Position numbers and translations under genes: made by a program. Shown in pieces: positions 1-8,076 of a stretch of 22,350 nucleotides of DNA. This DNA is from Fibrobacteria bacterium (GTDB lineage Bacteria; Fibrobacterota; Chitinivibrionia; Chitinivibrionales; FEN-1185), in the NCBI GenBank assembly GCA_037447435.1, contig JBBIGR010000060.1, forward strand, positions 1 to 22,350, written 5' to 3'. Position 1 is the stretch's first letter. Each line of letters starts with the position of its first letter. Under the pieces are notes generated by a model. That model was not told the origin of the DNA, ran no database searches, and saw only the letters and a program-made list of their open reading frames with translations.

Positions 1-375
1 AACCAGGTCGCATTCGACGTTTTTCCCGAGCGGCACCACAAGGTCCGCGCTTTTCTTGCCGTTTGCATATTCAAAAAGCCACGACCACTGGCGCGCATGC
101 ACCTTGACGGGAATGGAATCTTTGGGCACGGCCCGTAAAAACAGGAACCCCGTAAGGCCGTAGACGAACATGGGAATGACGATCAGCGTCGGAACCACGA
201 CCCATATTATTTCAATCAACGGGTTGTACGGCAATTCGGCGGCCACCGGGTTTCGCGATTTGCGATAGCGTACCGTGAAAAAAACCATGAAGAAAACGAT
301 GAGGAAAAACAATAACGCGCAGATCGCAAGGATAAAGATCAATGCCTCATTGACGATTCCTGTTGATGTAGACAC
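1..375 (-). CDS. coxB: Cytochrome c oxidase subunit II, N-terminal part (runs off the window edge)
   Basis: Not in the ORF track; translated by hand from GTG at 375, with AGGAG 8 nt upstream: MSTSTGIVNEALIFILAICALLFFLIVFFMVFFTVRYRKSRNP...LIEIIWVVVPTLIVIPMF...VKVHARQWSWLFEY...DLVVPLGKNVECDLV. Two TM helices plus the EIIW..VP and QWxWxFEY CoxII motifs; lies directly after coxD. Confidence 0.93.
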   Translation of the reverse strand, partial: MSTSTGIVNEALIFILAICALLFFLIVFFMVFFTVRYRKSRNPVAAELPYNPLIEIIWVVVPTLIVIPMFVYGLTGFLFLRAVPKDSIPVKVHARQWSWLFEYANGKKSADLVVPLGKNVECDLV

Positions 376-387
376 AGCACGATCTCC

Positions 388-699
388 TTATCGAAATATA
401 ACGTCGGAATAAGTGAGCCCGATAAAAATGGCCAAAGCCACGATCGCTATCGGCATTATCAATTTGATGACCAGTTTTTCTTCATAGCGCAAATGCATGA
501 AATACAAAAGCACCAGCGTGGATTTGAACGCCGCGATCGCCAGACAAACAATAATCGCAATCCCGCCGAGGTTCAGGCCCGCAGTCGTGACCGTAAGCGC
601 GGTAAAAATCATTAAGAGCACCCAAATAAAAACATATGATTTGGCGCTCGGCTCTTTTGCCGCGTGATGTTCCGAATTTTTCTCGTTTTTTAATTCCAT
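388..699 (-). CDS. coxD: Cytochrome c oxidase subunit IV (caa3-type, CtaF/CyoD family)
   Basis: 103 aa, three TM helices, motifs YVFIWVLLMIFTALTV and KSTLVLLYFMHLRYE; lies between coxC and coxB. Confidence 0.9.
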   Translation of the reverse strand: MELKNEKNSEHHAAKEPSAKSYVFIWVLLMIFTALTVTTAGLNLGGIAIIVCLAIAAFKSTLVLLYFMHLRYEEKLVIKLIMPIAIVALAIFIGLTYSDVIFR

Positions 700-720
700 A
701 GCGATTTTTGCAATCCTATA

Positions 721-751
721 ACCTATCCGTGTTTAATACCTATCCGGTTTA
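721..751. repeat. Imperfect tandem direct repeat in the coxC-coxD spacer
   Basis: ACCTATCCGTGTTTA (721-735) and ACCTATCCGGTTTA (738-751). Confidence 0.6.
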
Positions 752-757
752 GACATG

Positions 758-780
758 TCCTCCGAAGCTTTTACGGAGGA
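758..780. repeat. Intra-operon hairpin, REP-like palindrome
   Basis: TCCTCCG-AAGCTTTTA-CGGAGGA, a perfect 7-bp stem starting 12 nt downstream of the coxC stop; no U-tract on the transcribed (minus) strand. Confidence 0.55.
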
Positions 781-791
781 GAAGCGACCGG

Positions 792-1391
792 CTAAGTGAT
801 AAGATAAAAAAGCGGAAACAAAAAGATCCAGATAAGGTCGACCAGATGCCAATACAATCCCGCATTTTGCAAATAAACGGGATTGTTGCCGGTCAGCTTG
901 TTTCGGATCACCCAAACCAGCATCACCGATAAAACGCAAATGCCGACGATCACGTGTACCGCGTGCAATCCGGTCATCATGTAATACAACCCGAAATACA
1001 AAATTTCCCCATGCGCTTTTGTCGACAATACCTTGGCGTTCGGATACAGCCCGTGATGGAACTTTTCGGTCCATTCGAAGGCCTTGACAATAAGAAACCC
1101 GAAAGCAAGCCCGATGGTTGCGATCAAAAAACCTATGGTTTGCCGTTTTTTACTTTGAAGAATAGAATGAATGGACAACGCAACGGTAAGGCTGCTGGTG
1201 ATAAGAATGCACGTATTGAGCGTGCCGAAAAACCGGGAAAGCTCCATAGACCCGGTATGGAATTCAGCGGGATTTTTAAGCCGGTACATCGAATATAAAA
1301 GGAAAAGCCCGCCAAACAGCAGTATCTCCGTGGATATGAAAAGCCACATCCCGACCCGTGCGCCCGAACCCGATGAATGATGTTCGCTCAT
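792..1391 (-). CDS. coxC: Cytochrome c oxidase subunit III (short, 5-TM form)
   Basis: Motifs GMWLFISTEILLFGGLF, NTCILITSS, MTGLHAVHV, GLYWHLVDLIWIFLFPLFY; ATGA overlap with the coxA stop. Confidence 0.96.
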   Translation of the reverse strand: MSEHHSSGSGARVGMWLFISTEILLFGGLFLLYSMYRLKNPAEFHTGSMELSRFFGTLNTCILITSSLTVALSIHSILQSKKRQTIGFLIATIGLAFGFLIVKAFEWTEKFHHGLYPNAKVLSTKAHGEILYFGLYYMMTGLHAVHVIVGICVLSVMLVWVIRNKLTGNNPVYLQNAGLYWHLVDLIWIFLFPLFYLIT

Positions 1392-3022
1392 ACGCTTTGT
1401 TCCTTGAAGCTCGTACTAAAATCATACGGCCCGGTCGTAATGGTCGGCGTCTCTTCAAAATCCTCAGTTTCCGGAGGAGAAGGCAGCGACCATTCCAGCG
1501 TTTTTCCGCCCCAGGGATTCGACGACGCTTTCGCCCCCTTAAACACGCTCCATACAAGAATCGACATCATAAAAATCAATCCCGCCACCATGATGAAAGA
1601 CCCTATGTTTGCAAGCTGGTGCATGCCGGCGTATTGCGGCAAATAATTGTAAAATCGTCGCGGCATTCCCTGCCAGCCTAAAATCAACATGGGAAAATAA
1701 AAGATATTAAATCCTATGAAAAGAATGAGCCATGCGACAACCGATAATTTTTTATTGTACATTCTTCCCGACATTTTAGGAAGCCAATAATGGAATGCGG
1801 CGAACAACCCGAATCCCATGCCGCCGAAAATGACATAATGAAAATGACCCACAATGAAATACGTGTTGTGAAGCTGCACGTTCGGCGAAAGCGCGCCGAT
1901 AAGCAAGCCGGTGAGCCCCCCAATGGAAAACAGGAAAATGAACGACAGGGCGTAGAGAAACGGAGGTTCCACCTGTATCGACCCTTTGTACATTGTTGCA
2001 AGCCAGTTAAAAACTTTGATGGCGCTCGGCACGGCGACAAGGAACGTTAAAAACGAAAACACGATTCCCGCAGTGTCGCTTTGGCCGCTCACATACATAT
2101 GATGTCCCCAAACAAGCGATCCGACGCTGGCGATGGCGATGCTCGAAAACGCTATCATTTTGTATCCGTAAATGTTTTTCCTCGAAAAAACCGGAAATAT
2201 ATCGGATATCACTCCCATTGCAGGCAATATCATTATGTAAACCGCGGGATGGGAATAAATCCAGAACAAATGCTGGTACAAAAGCGGGTCGCCGCCCTTT
2301 GTCGGATCAAAAACCCCGATGCCGAACAGGCGTTCGATGACGACCAGCAGCATAGTGATGCCGATGATCGGCGTCGCAAGGATCTGCACCCAGGCGGTCG
2401 CATAAAATCCCCAAACCGAAAGCGGCATTCTGAAAAAGCCCATTCCCGGCGCGCGCAATTGATGCACCGTTGTCACGATATTGATGCCCGTCAATATCGA
2501 CGACATCCCGAGAATGAACACCGCGAAAACGGCAAGCGGAACATTGACCGTGGTTTTCAAGCTGAACGGCACATAAAAGGTCCAGCCCGTGTCAACGGCG
2601 CCGCCGCCGAAAAAAACCGACACGATCGCAAGCACCGCTCCGGTCAAAAACAAATAGTACGTGAAAAGGTTAAGCCGCGGAAAAATCATGTCCTTTCCGC
2701 CGATGAGAATGGGCAGAAAAAAATTGCCGAAAATGGTGGGTACCGCGGGAATCACGACGAGAAAAACCTGGATAATGCCGTGCAGGGTGAACATGGCATT
2801 GTATTGCTGCGCGGTCATGATGGGATGCCCCGGAATCATATTGACGCGCATCAATACGCCCAACAAAACGGCCACGTTGAAAAACGTGAAAATGGAGACC
2901 AAATATAAAATGCCGATGCGTTTATGGTCGGTTGCCAACAACCACCCTAAAATTCCCGGATATTTACCTTTGTCTTTGAAATAAGGGACATAGTCGTGAT
3001 GCAATGCTTCGGCATGGCTCAT
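1388..3022 (-). CDS. coxA: Cytochrome c oxidase subunit I, A2-type haem-copper oxygen reductase
   Basis: TDHKRIG, LHG, GWTFY, FWIYSHPAVY (A2 YS signature with His-Tyr crosslink residues), WGHHM, GHFHY, GMPRR; all six His ligands present. Confidence 0.98.
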   Translation of the reverse strand: MSHAEALHHDYVPYFKDKGKYPGILGWLLATDHKRIGILYLVSIFTFFNVAVLLGVLMRVNMIPGHPIMTAQQYNAMFTLHGIIQVFLVVIPAVPTIFGNFFLPILIGGKDMIFPRLNLFTYYLFLTGAVLAIVSVFFGGGAVDTGWTFYVPFSLKTTVNVPLAVFAVFILGMSSILTGINIVTTVHQLRAPGMGFFRMPLSVWGFYATAWVQILATPIIGITMLLVVIERLFGIGVFDPTKGGDPLLYQHLFWIYSHPAVYIMILPAMGVISDIFPVFSRKNIYGYKMIAFSSIAIASVGSLVWGHHMYVSGQSDTAGIVFSFLTFLVAVPSAIKVFNWLATMYKGSIQVEPPFLYALSFIFLFSIGGLTGLLIGALSPNVQLHNTYFIVGHFHYVIFGGMGFGLFAAFHYWLPKMSGRMYNKKLSVVAWLILFIGFNIFYFPMLILGWQGMPRRFYNYLPQYAGMHQLANIGSFIMVAGLIFMMSILVWSVFKGAKASSNPWGGKTLEWSLPSPPETEDFEETPTITTGPYDFSTSFKEQSV

Positions 3023-3849
3023 TGGTGATTTCCTTTTTGCCTGCGTTTCTTTTGGGAAATGATCAAATAAGTAATAAAACCGCCAAGCAGCAACAGTATC
3101 ACCGTAGCGCTCACACGCAACATATTGAATACCAGCCTATGGCTTTTGGGATCGTAACTGAAACAGGCGCGCAGGACATGGGCAATGGTCGGTTGCACCG
3201 AACCGCTCGACGCCTCCATGAGCGACATGGCAAGGTCCACGGGCAAATAATCGGTGCCCATGATATACCGTACCACTTTACCCTTTGGCGACAGGATGAT
3301 GAGACACATGGGATGGTCGAACTCGTCGCCTTTCTTTACAAACTTGAACCCGACGGCGTCGGTGACTTTGTCGATGCTTTCGTCGCTGCCGGTCAAAAAG
3401 CGCCAATGATCGGCAGGATAGGGCTTTTGTATGGATTGAAAGGCGATGTCGCGGGCCTTCATCGCATCAGAGGGCGTCTCGCGGTCGTTTATGCTGATGC
3501 ATATCACGTGCGGCGCCGACAGCGGTTTGTCGGAATAATTCCGGAGCAAATTCGCGATGCTTACCAAAAGTAAATTACAGGCGTTGGGACATTTATAATA
3601 CAAAAAAGCAAGAACGGTCGGTCCTTTGATAAGAGACGACAAGGTCGCGGTATCGCCCTTTTCCGTTGCAAACGGAACGTCGAGCGGAACGGTGTTCCCC
3701 AATTTTTCTTCGATGCCCATCGCGCCGGACGCGGCCGTGTCGGACGGAGAGTGGCCTTCATGGGCAAAAAGCGGAAAACACAACGCGGCGAATACGAAAA
3801 ATGCCCACGACGCGGTTTTCAGGGTTTTATTTTGATTTGTTTTTGTCAT
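3019..3849 (-). CDS. sco: SCO1/SenC family copper chaperone
   Basis: Signal peptide followed by AHEGH, CPNAC (CxxxC), conserved His in FDHP, C-terminal CFSYDP plus TM helix; ATGA overlap with coxA. Confidence 0.93.
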   Translation of the reverse strand: MTKTNQNKTLKTASWAFFVFAALCFPLFAHEGHSPSDTAASGAMGIEEKLGNTVPLDVPFATEKGDTATLSSLIKGPTVLAFLYYKCPNACNLLLVSIANLLRNYSDKPLSAPHVICISINDRETPSDAMKARDIAFQSIQKPYPADHWRFLTGSDESIDKVTDAVGFKFVKKGDEFDHPMCLIILSPKGKVVRYIMGTDYLPVDLAMSLMEASSGSVQPTIAHVLRACFSYDPKSHRLVFNMLRVSATVILLLLGGFITYLIISQKKRRQKGNHQ

Positions 3850-4402
3850 ACCTTGCTCCGGTATCTTTTACATTGCCGGCGTTCTGCACACTTTGACTGC
3901 TGTCGATCCGTGCCGTTGATTTCCTGGCGCCGGTTGTCGCGACACTTGCCTGCTTGGGGGTTTTCATTTCCAATCCGCGTCCGTAAATGATGCCCGCGCC
4001 GAAATATCCCAGCCCGATCATGGTGACGCTCGTTGCCGCATAGATGATCGTCATGGATATGGAATGCAATTTGATTTCACTGCCCAGAATTATACCGGTG
4101 CCGAGCAATACAAGCGCGATGCAGGCAAGCGCCATTTTAATTTTAATGGGCGTAAAGAGCGTTGCATGATAAAAGTGAATCCAATCGAAAACACCTAAAA
4201 GTATGGTCGGGAAAACAAAGATGAATGCAAGTATCGACGCATGCCGGGCGGTCAACACGAATTGTTTTTTCCTGAAAATCATTGCGAAAAGAAAAAACAG
4301 CAACGCGCCGATGACCAGGCCGATCGGCATATGCGTGATAGGAGAATGCAACGGTTCATTAAAACCGAATTTTGCCAAAAACACATAAAGCCAATCAATC
4401 AT
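3827..4402 (-). CDS. DUF2231-like four-TM membrane protein, first gene of the cox operon
   Basis: LHSPITHMPIG resembles the HPxxvHfPi motif; four hydrophobic segments; GYFGAGIIYG. ATG at 4402 preferred over GTG at 4408 because AAGGA lies 7 nt upstream. Overlaps sco by 23 nt. Confidence 0.78.
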   Translation of the reverse strand: MIDWLYVFLAKFGFNEPLHSPITHMPIGLVIGALLFFLFAMIFRKKQFVLTARHASILAFIFVFPTILLGVFDWIHFYHATLFTPIKIKMALACIALVLLGTGIILGSEIKLHSISMTIIYAATSVTMIGLGYFGAGIIYGRGLEMKTPKQASVATTGARKSTARIDSSQSVQNAGNVKDTGARYDKNKSK

Positions 4403-4437
4403 TCCCACATCCTTTTCAAGAAATTTTAAAATAGCTG

Positions 4438-4460
4438 ATCTTGTCAGGGTTTCACAAGAT
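4438..4460. promoter_or_regulatory. Inverted-repeat transcription-factor site (candidate sigma-54 upstream activator sequence and/or cox operator)
   Basis: ATCTTGT-CAGGGTTTC-ACAAGAT, perfect 7-bp arms (TGT-N9-ACA core), centred about 100 bp upstream of the predicted sigma-54 start of qor. Confidence 0.55.
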
Positions 4461-4522
4461 AAATACTACGTGCTTACTTATGACCATTATTGCTTTTTTC
4501 TCTAAATCACTTTAATTTCCTT

Positions 4523-4538
4523 TGGCACTTTTTTTGCA
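4523..4538 (+). promoter_or_regulatory. Sigma-54 (-24/-12) promoter for qor
   Basis: TGGCAC-TTTTT-TTGCA, exact consensus and spacing; predicted start near 4549, followed by AAAGGAG RBS and ATG at 4585. Confidence 0.82.
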
Positions 4539-4584
4539 TCTTTAAAGGATTAAAAATATCCTACCTATTAATAAAGGAGATGTC

Positions 4585-5547
4585 ATGAAAGCAATTCGCG
4601 TCCATGAATTCGGCGCTCCCCAGGTAATGAAATACGAAAACATAGAAAATTACCGTCCCGAAAACGATCAAGTACTTGTCAAGATAATTGCCGCAGGGGT
4701 CAACCCGGTCGACGCGTATATGCGGTCCGGTTCCTATGCGCGCTCGCCCAAGCTTTCCTACACGCCGGGCATCGACGGTGCGGGCATTGTCGAGGAAATC
4801 GGGCCCGACGTTTCTTTGTTTAAACCGCAACAGCGGGTTTACCTTTCCGGATCCATGACCGGAACCTATGCCGAAGCAGCACTCTGCAGCCAATACCAGG
4901 TTCATCCGTTGCCTCCCAATATCAGCTTCCAGCAGGGAGCGGCAATCGGCGTTCCTTACGGAACCGCGTATCGCGCCTTGTTTCAGCGAGCGCATGCAAT
5001 TTCCGGGGAAACGGTTCTCATTCACGGAGCAACGGGCGGCGTCGGCATCGCGGCGGTACAAATTGCGCTTGCGGCAGGTTTTACGGTCATCGCAACCGGC
5101 GGCACCCAGCGCGGTCGGGATTTACTCAAAGATCAATGCGTCCATCTTGTGCTCGATCATACATCGTCCGACTATCTCGACACGATCCGTTCATTTACAA
5201 AAAACAAGGGCGTCGACGTCGTGCTGGAAATGCTCGCAAACGTAAACCTTTCTAAAGACCTGTCGGTTTTGGCGAAAAGCGGACGAATTGTCGTCATCGG
5301 AAACAGGGGTACTGTCGAAATCGATCCCCGCGACATCATGTCCCGCGACGCCGCGATCATGGGCATGGTTCTTTTCAATGCGTCGGAACCCGAATTAAAA
5401 GCCATCCATGCGGCGATTGTCGCAGGATTGGGCAACAGTACTTTACGACCGGTTATAGGAAAAGAATTTCCAATGAAGGATGCCGCGCAAGCACATGATG
5501 CGGTGCTCGATAAGGGCGCTTATGGAAAAATCGTTCTGATTCCATGA
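4585..5547 (+). CDS. qor: NADPH:quinone oxidoreductase (zeta-crystallin-like MDR family)
   Basis: MKAIRVHEFGAP, AAGVNPVD, PGIDGAG, HGATGGVG nucleotide-binding motif, GKIVL C-terminus; no Zn-binding Cys/His set. Confidence 0.93.
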   Translation: MKAIRVHEFGAPQVMKYENIENYRPENDQVLVKIIAAGVNPVDAYMRSGSYARSPKLSYTPGIDGAGIVEEIGPDVSLFKPQQRVYLSGSMTGTYAEAALCSQYQVHPLPPNISFQQGAAIGVPYGTAYRALFQRAHAISGETVLIHGATGGVGIAAVQIALAAGFTVIATGGTQRGRDLLKDQCVHLVLDHTSSDYLDTIRSFTKNKGVDVVLEMLANVNLSKDLSVLAKSGRIVVIGNRGTVEIDPRDIMSRDAAIMGMVLFNASEPELKAIHAAIVAGLGNSTLRPVIGKEFPMKDAAQAHDAVLDKGAYGKIVLIP

Positions 5548-5560
5548 TCCCGTTTCCCTT

Positions 5561-6124
5561 TTAATTTAATACCGTTTCCATTATATATTGATGCGAAACC
5601 GCCTCCGGGTCATTAAAGGTCCCAACGGTTTCATGCCCCTTATGATTGAGAAACCAAATTTTACTGTCAAAAAGAAATTCCTTTGCCAAATCGGCCAGAA
5701 TAAGGATAAACGATTTTATCCTGGGTCTGTTTTCGACTGATGCATAGGTCAGATAAAAATCAAGTTCCTTTCCCGTGACTTCGGAAACGGTTTGATAAAT
5801 ATCCTCGATTTCCTCCTGCGATATTTTGAAATCCTCATGGGTAATGCTTTCTTCATAATGCAAATGTAAGGTAAAGCCTAAACTGATGGCGATCTTTTTC
5901 AGGATGACCCGTTGCGCATCTTTCTTAACGCTCAGGTACAGGAAAAAAGCCTTGGACAAAACATCCCTGCTGGATGCAGCTTTTTTTTCAAAAAAACTTA
6001 CTGCGTCAAATGAGCGCTTAAATGCCGCTTCCAAAAGATGCTTTAGGTGAAGACTGATGTTGTCTTCAGTTTTATTGCTGTTCGGCAATAATTCAGTGAG
6101 TGTGTTTTTTTCAATCTTTTCCAT
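5561..6124 (-). CDS. Hypothetical protein, probable degenerate ferritin-like/rubrerythrin four-helix bundle
   Basis: GGAGGA RBS and its own sigma-54 promoter. Two helix-pair units (LLEAAFKRSFDAVSFFEKKA...FFLYLSVKKDAQRVILKK and IYQTVSEVTGKELDFYLTYA...IKSFILILADLAKEF) follow the rubrerythrin hydrophobic pattern but lack E/ExxH ligands. Confidence 0.62.
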   Translation of the reverse strand: MEKIEKNTLTELLPNSNKTEDNISLHLKHLLEAAFKRSFDAVSFFEKKAASSRDVLSKAFFLYLSVKKDAQRVILKKIAISLGFTLHLHYEESITHEDFKISQEEIEDIYQTVSEVTGKELDFYLTYASVENRPRIKSFILILADLAKEFLFDSKIWFLNHKGHETVGTFNDPEAVSHQYIMETVLN

Positions 6125-6197
6125 TTATTCCTCCAGCAATAAGACATATATAAAACTTTTAATTAAAGTAAACTTTTTAAAATTCAGGAATTGTTAT

Positions 6198-6213
6198 TGC
6201 AACAACTGTGCCA
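6198..6213 (-). promoter_or_regulatory. Sigma-54 (-24/-12) promoter for the 5561-6124 gene
   Basis: Minus strand reads TGGCAC-AGTTG-TTGCA, exact consensus; predicted start near 6187, 63 nt before the ATG. Confidence 0.82.
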
Positions 6214-6298
6214 GATTGCAATTGTTCAAAATCATATACCTATTATATGGAGAACTTTGCAAAAGAACGGAGAAATAAAAAAAAAATCGTTCTCGGAT

Positions 6299-6317
6299 TT
6301 AAGAATCAATTTCTTAA
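6299..6317. promoter_or_regulatory. Inverted repeat, candidate activator-binding site
   Basis: TTAAGAA-TCAAT-TTCTTAA, 7-bp perfect arms, about 120 bp upstream of the second sigma-54 start; AT-rich context lowers its significance. Confidence 0.35.
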
Positions 6318-6398
6318 TTCTGCAAGCAAGAAACTTAAAAATTCTCAAACGAATCTTTTGATTACTCAAAAAATTGGAAGACAGCCGAAAGTCAGGAA

Positions 6399-8072
6399 TC
6401 AGAAGGAGTATTTTTTTGAATTGATTGATGATTGGAGGATAAAATCATCAAATCCGAATGCAATGGATTTATTGCCGACCCAACCTTTAAAGGGAATTAT
6501 TGCCTCAATAGTGCGGCTCGAAAATGGAGCTACGGAATCCTGTGGGGTCATGAGGCGAATGGCAAAGGTCGTGTCTTTTTTCAATGCAACCGAGCTGCAG
6601 TTGCAAACCAACGCGGGGCCATCGCCGAATTTGTTTTTTTCAAAGAGCAAAGCCTTATTCCGATGATTGACTATTTCAACTGTAACGCGATATCCCGAAT
6701 CGATTGGCATTGGAGCGGATTTAAGGTTAACACGTATGTTTTGATACGATGAAAAATGTGGACACGAAATGTAATAAACATCTTTTCCCATCCCTGTGGC
6801 CAGCTTGATGCACTTTTTATTCCCGCCGTCTTTTATGATAACAACATCTTTGCCCTGAAATTGGTCTTCGACATTCCAAATCTGGTATTGCGTTTTTTTA
6901 TCGTCGTTTCCGTATATCGCAATACTCGGTTCTTCGGCATAAAATCCATACAACGGAGCTTCGCGTAACTGGTGTTCGAACACAACGGGATTATCGCCGG
7001 CTATGGTTTTAATATCATGGGCCCAAACGTCACGGCCGTGAAAATAATCAACATGATTGAAAGTATTCACAGGCAATATTTTCAATGCCAAATAGGCTCG
7101 CAAAAAAAACACGAACAACAATAGCGGTATAGAAAGCCATACAAACAATTTTTTCTTTTTCGTTGTAAAATATGTATAACCGAGAATGATGATCGGAAAC
7201 AGGACAATGGACGTCCAATGGAATTGCACATATCCCTTCAGCGTGGCTGCACCGAAAAACACAATTGTCCCGATGACAATGAACTTTAATGCGCGCTCAA
7301 ACAGGTCTTTTGTTTTATACACAAAAGGAACAAAGACAAGTGCCGGAGCAAGCACTAAAAACTGCACGCTCGGATATTCGGTAACGAAATTGATATCAAA
7401 GGCATTCGAACGGCCGAACAATTGATAGCGAACGGTAACGAAATCATGCGCATATTGCCAATACAAATGCGGCAAAAACAGCAGCGCTGTTATGAAAAGC
7501 GAAACAAGAAATTTTTTATTGCGCAATAACGCCGGATTGGAAAGTACGACGAAAAACACCATGAGTACCGCATGATATTTGGAATACAACATCGCGCTAA
7601 GCGCTATTCCCATGATCAGGGCGGAAACAAAATCCTTTTTTTCAATGAATTTTTTATAAAAGTACAAGTATATCATGGAAAACGCGACAAGCGGGGTATC
7701 GGGAAAAACGACAATGCTGATGTAATTGAAAAGGGGTAAAGAAAGTATGATAAGATATAAATGCGATTGCAATTTTCCGGATTTTTCAAGCAACCTGAAC
7801 AGGAAAACAAGGGCGACGCTCATCAAAGCCACATTGACAAATCGTACACCGAGTTCACCGGAGAACAAATGCCGTCCGATATAAATAAGAACCCCGAGCA
7901 TGGGCGGATGATCGTAATAGCCCCAATCCAGATGCGTCGACAGGTACCAATAATACCCTTCGTCGCTGGTCAGCTGCGTAAACGTTGCCTGAAATATGTT
8001 AAGCAGGAAATAAAAGGCAATAAACCCAAAACCGATTTGTTTGGGTGTCATTGCCTTAAACGGGGTTTTCAT
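6399..8072 (-). CDS. GT-C fold glycosyltransferase (ArnT/PMT_2-like, GT83/GT39-related)
   Basis: SDEGYYW..HLDWGYYDHPPM loop, ELGVR, FPDTPL, YSKYHA, LFLPHLYWQYAHDF, many TM helices and a soluble C-terminal domain. Confidence 0.88.
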   Translation of the reverse strand: MKTPFKAMTPKQIGFGFIAFYFLLNIFQATFTQLTSDEGYYWYLSTHLDWGYYDHPPMLGVLIYIGRHLFSGELGVRFVNVALMSVALVFLFRLLEKSGKLQSHLYLIILSLPLFNYISIVVFPDTPLVAFSMIYLYFYKKFIEKKDFVSALIMGIALSAMLYSKYHAVLMVFFVVLSNPALLRNKKFLVSLFITALLFLPHLYWQYAHDFVTVRYQLFGRSNAFDINFVTEYPSVQFLVLAPALVFVPFVYKTKDLFERALKFIVIGTIVFFGAATLKGYVQFHWTSIVLFPIIILGYTYFTTKKKKLFVWLSIPLLLFVFFLRAYLALKILPVNTFNHVDYFHGRDVWAHDIKTIAGDNPVVFEHQLREAPLYGFYAEEPSIAIYGNDDKKTQYQIWNVEDQFQGKDVVIIKDGGNKKCIKLATGMGKDVYYISCPHFSSYQNIRVNLKSAPMPIDSGYRVTVEIVNHRNKALLFEKNKFGDGPALVCNCSSVALKKDTTFAIRLMTPQDSVAPFSSRTIEAIIPFKGWVGNKSIAFGFDDFILQSSINSKKYSF

Positions 8073-8076
8073 ACGC

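Noticed and set aside
2081..2908. 275-aa plus-strand ORF
   Set aside because: Antisense to coxA; composition is what the reverse complement of a hydrophobic membrane gene produces.
3850..3990. Possible frameshifted cytochrome c domain after the DUF2231-like TM region
   Set aside because: No CxxCH found in the minus-strand frames; only CAERRQC in an alternate frame.
4441..4457. Rex, CRP or HcpR box assignment for TTGTCAGGGTTTCACAA
   Set aside because: One half-site fits, but the spacer is one base shorter than those consensus sites, so no specific regulator is named.
6208..6666. 152-aa plus-strand ORF
   Set aside because: Overlaps the glycosyltransferase 3' end and the sigma-54 promoter region in antisense; no motifs.
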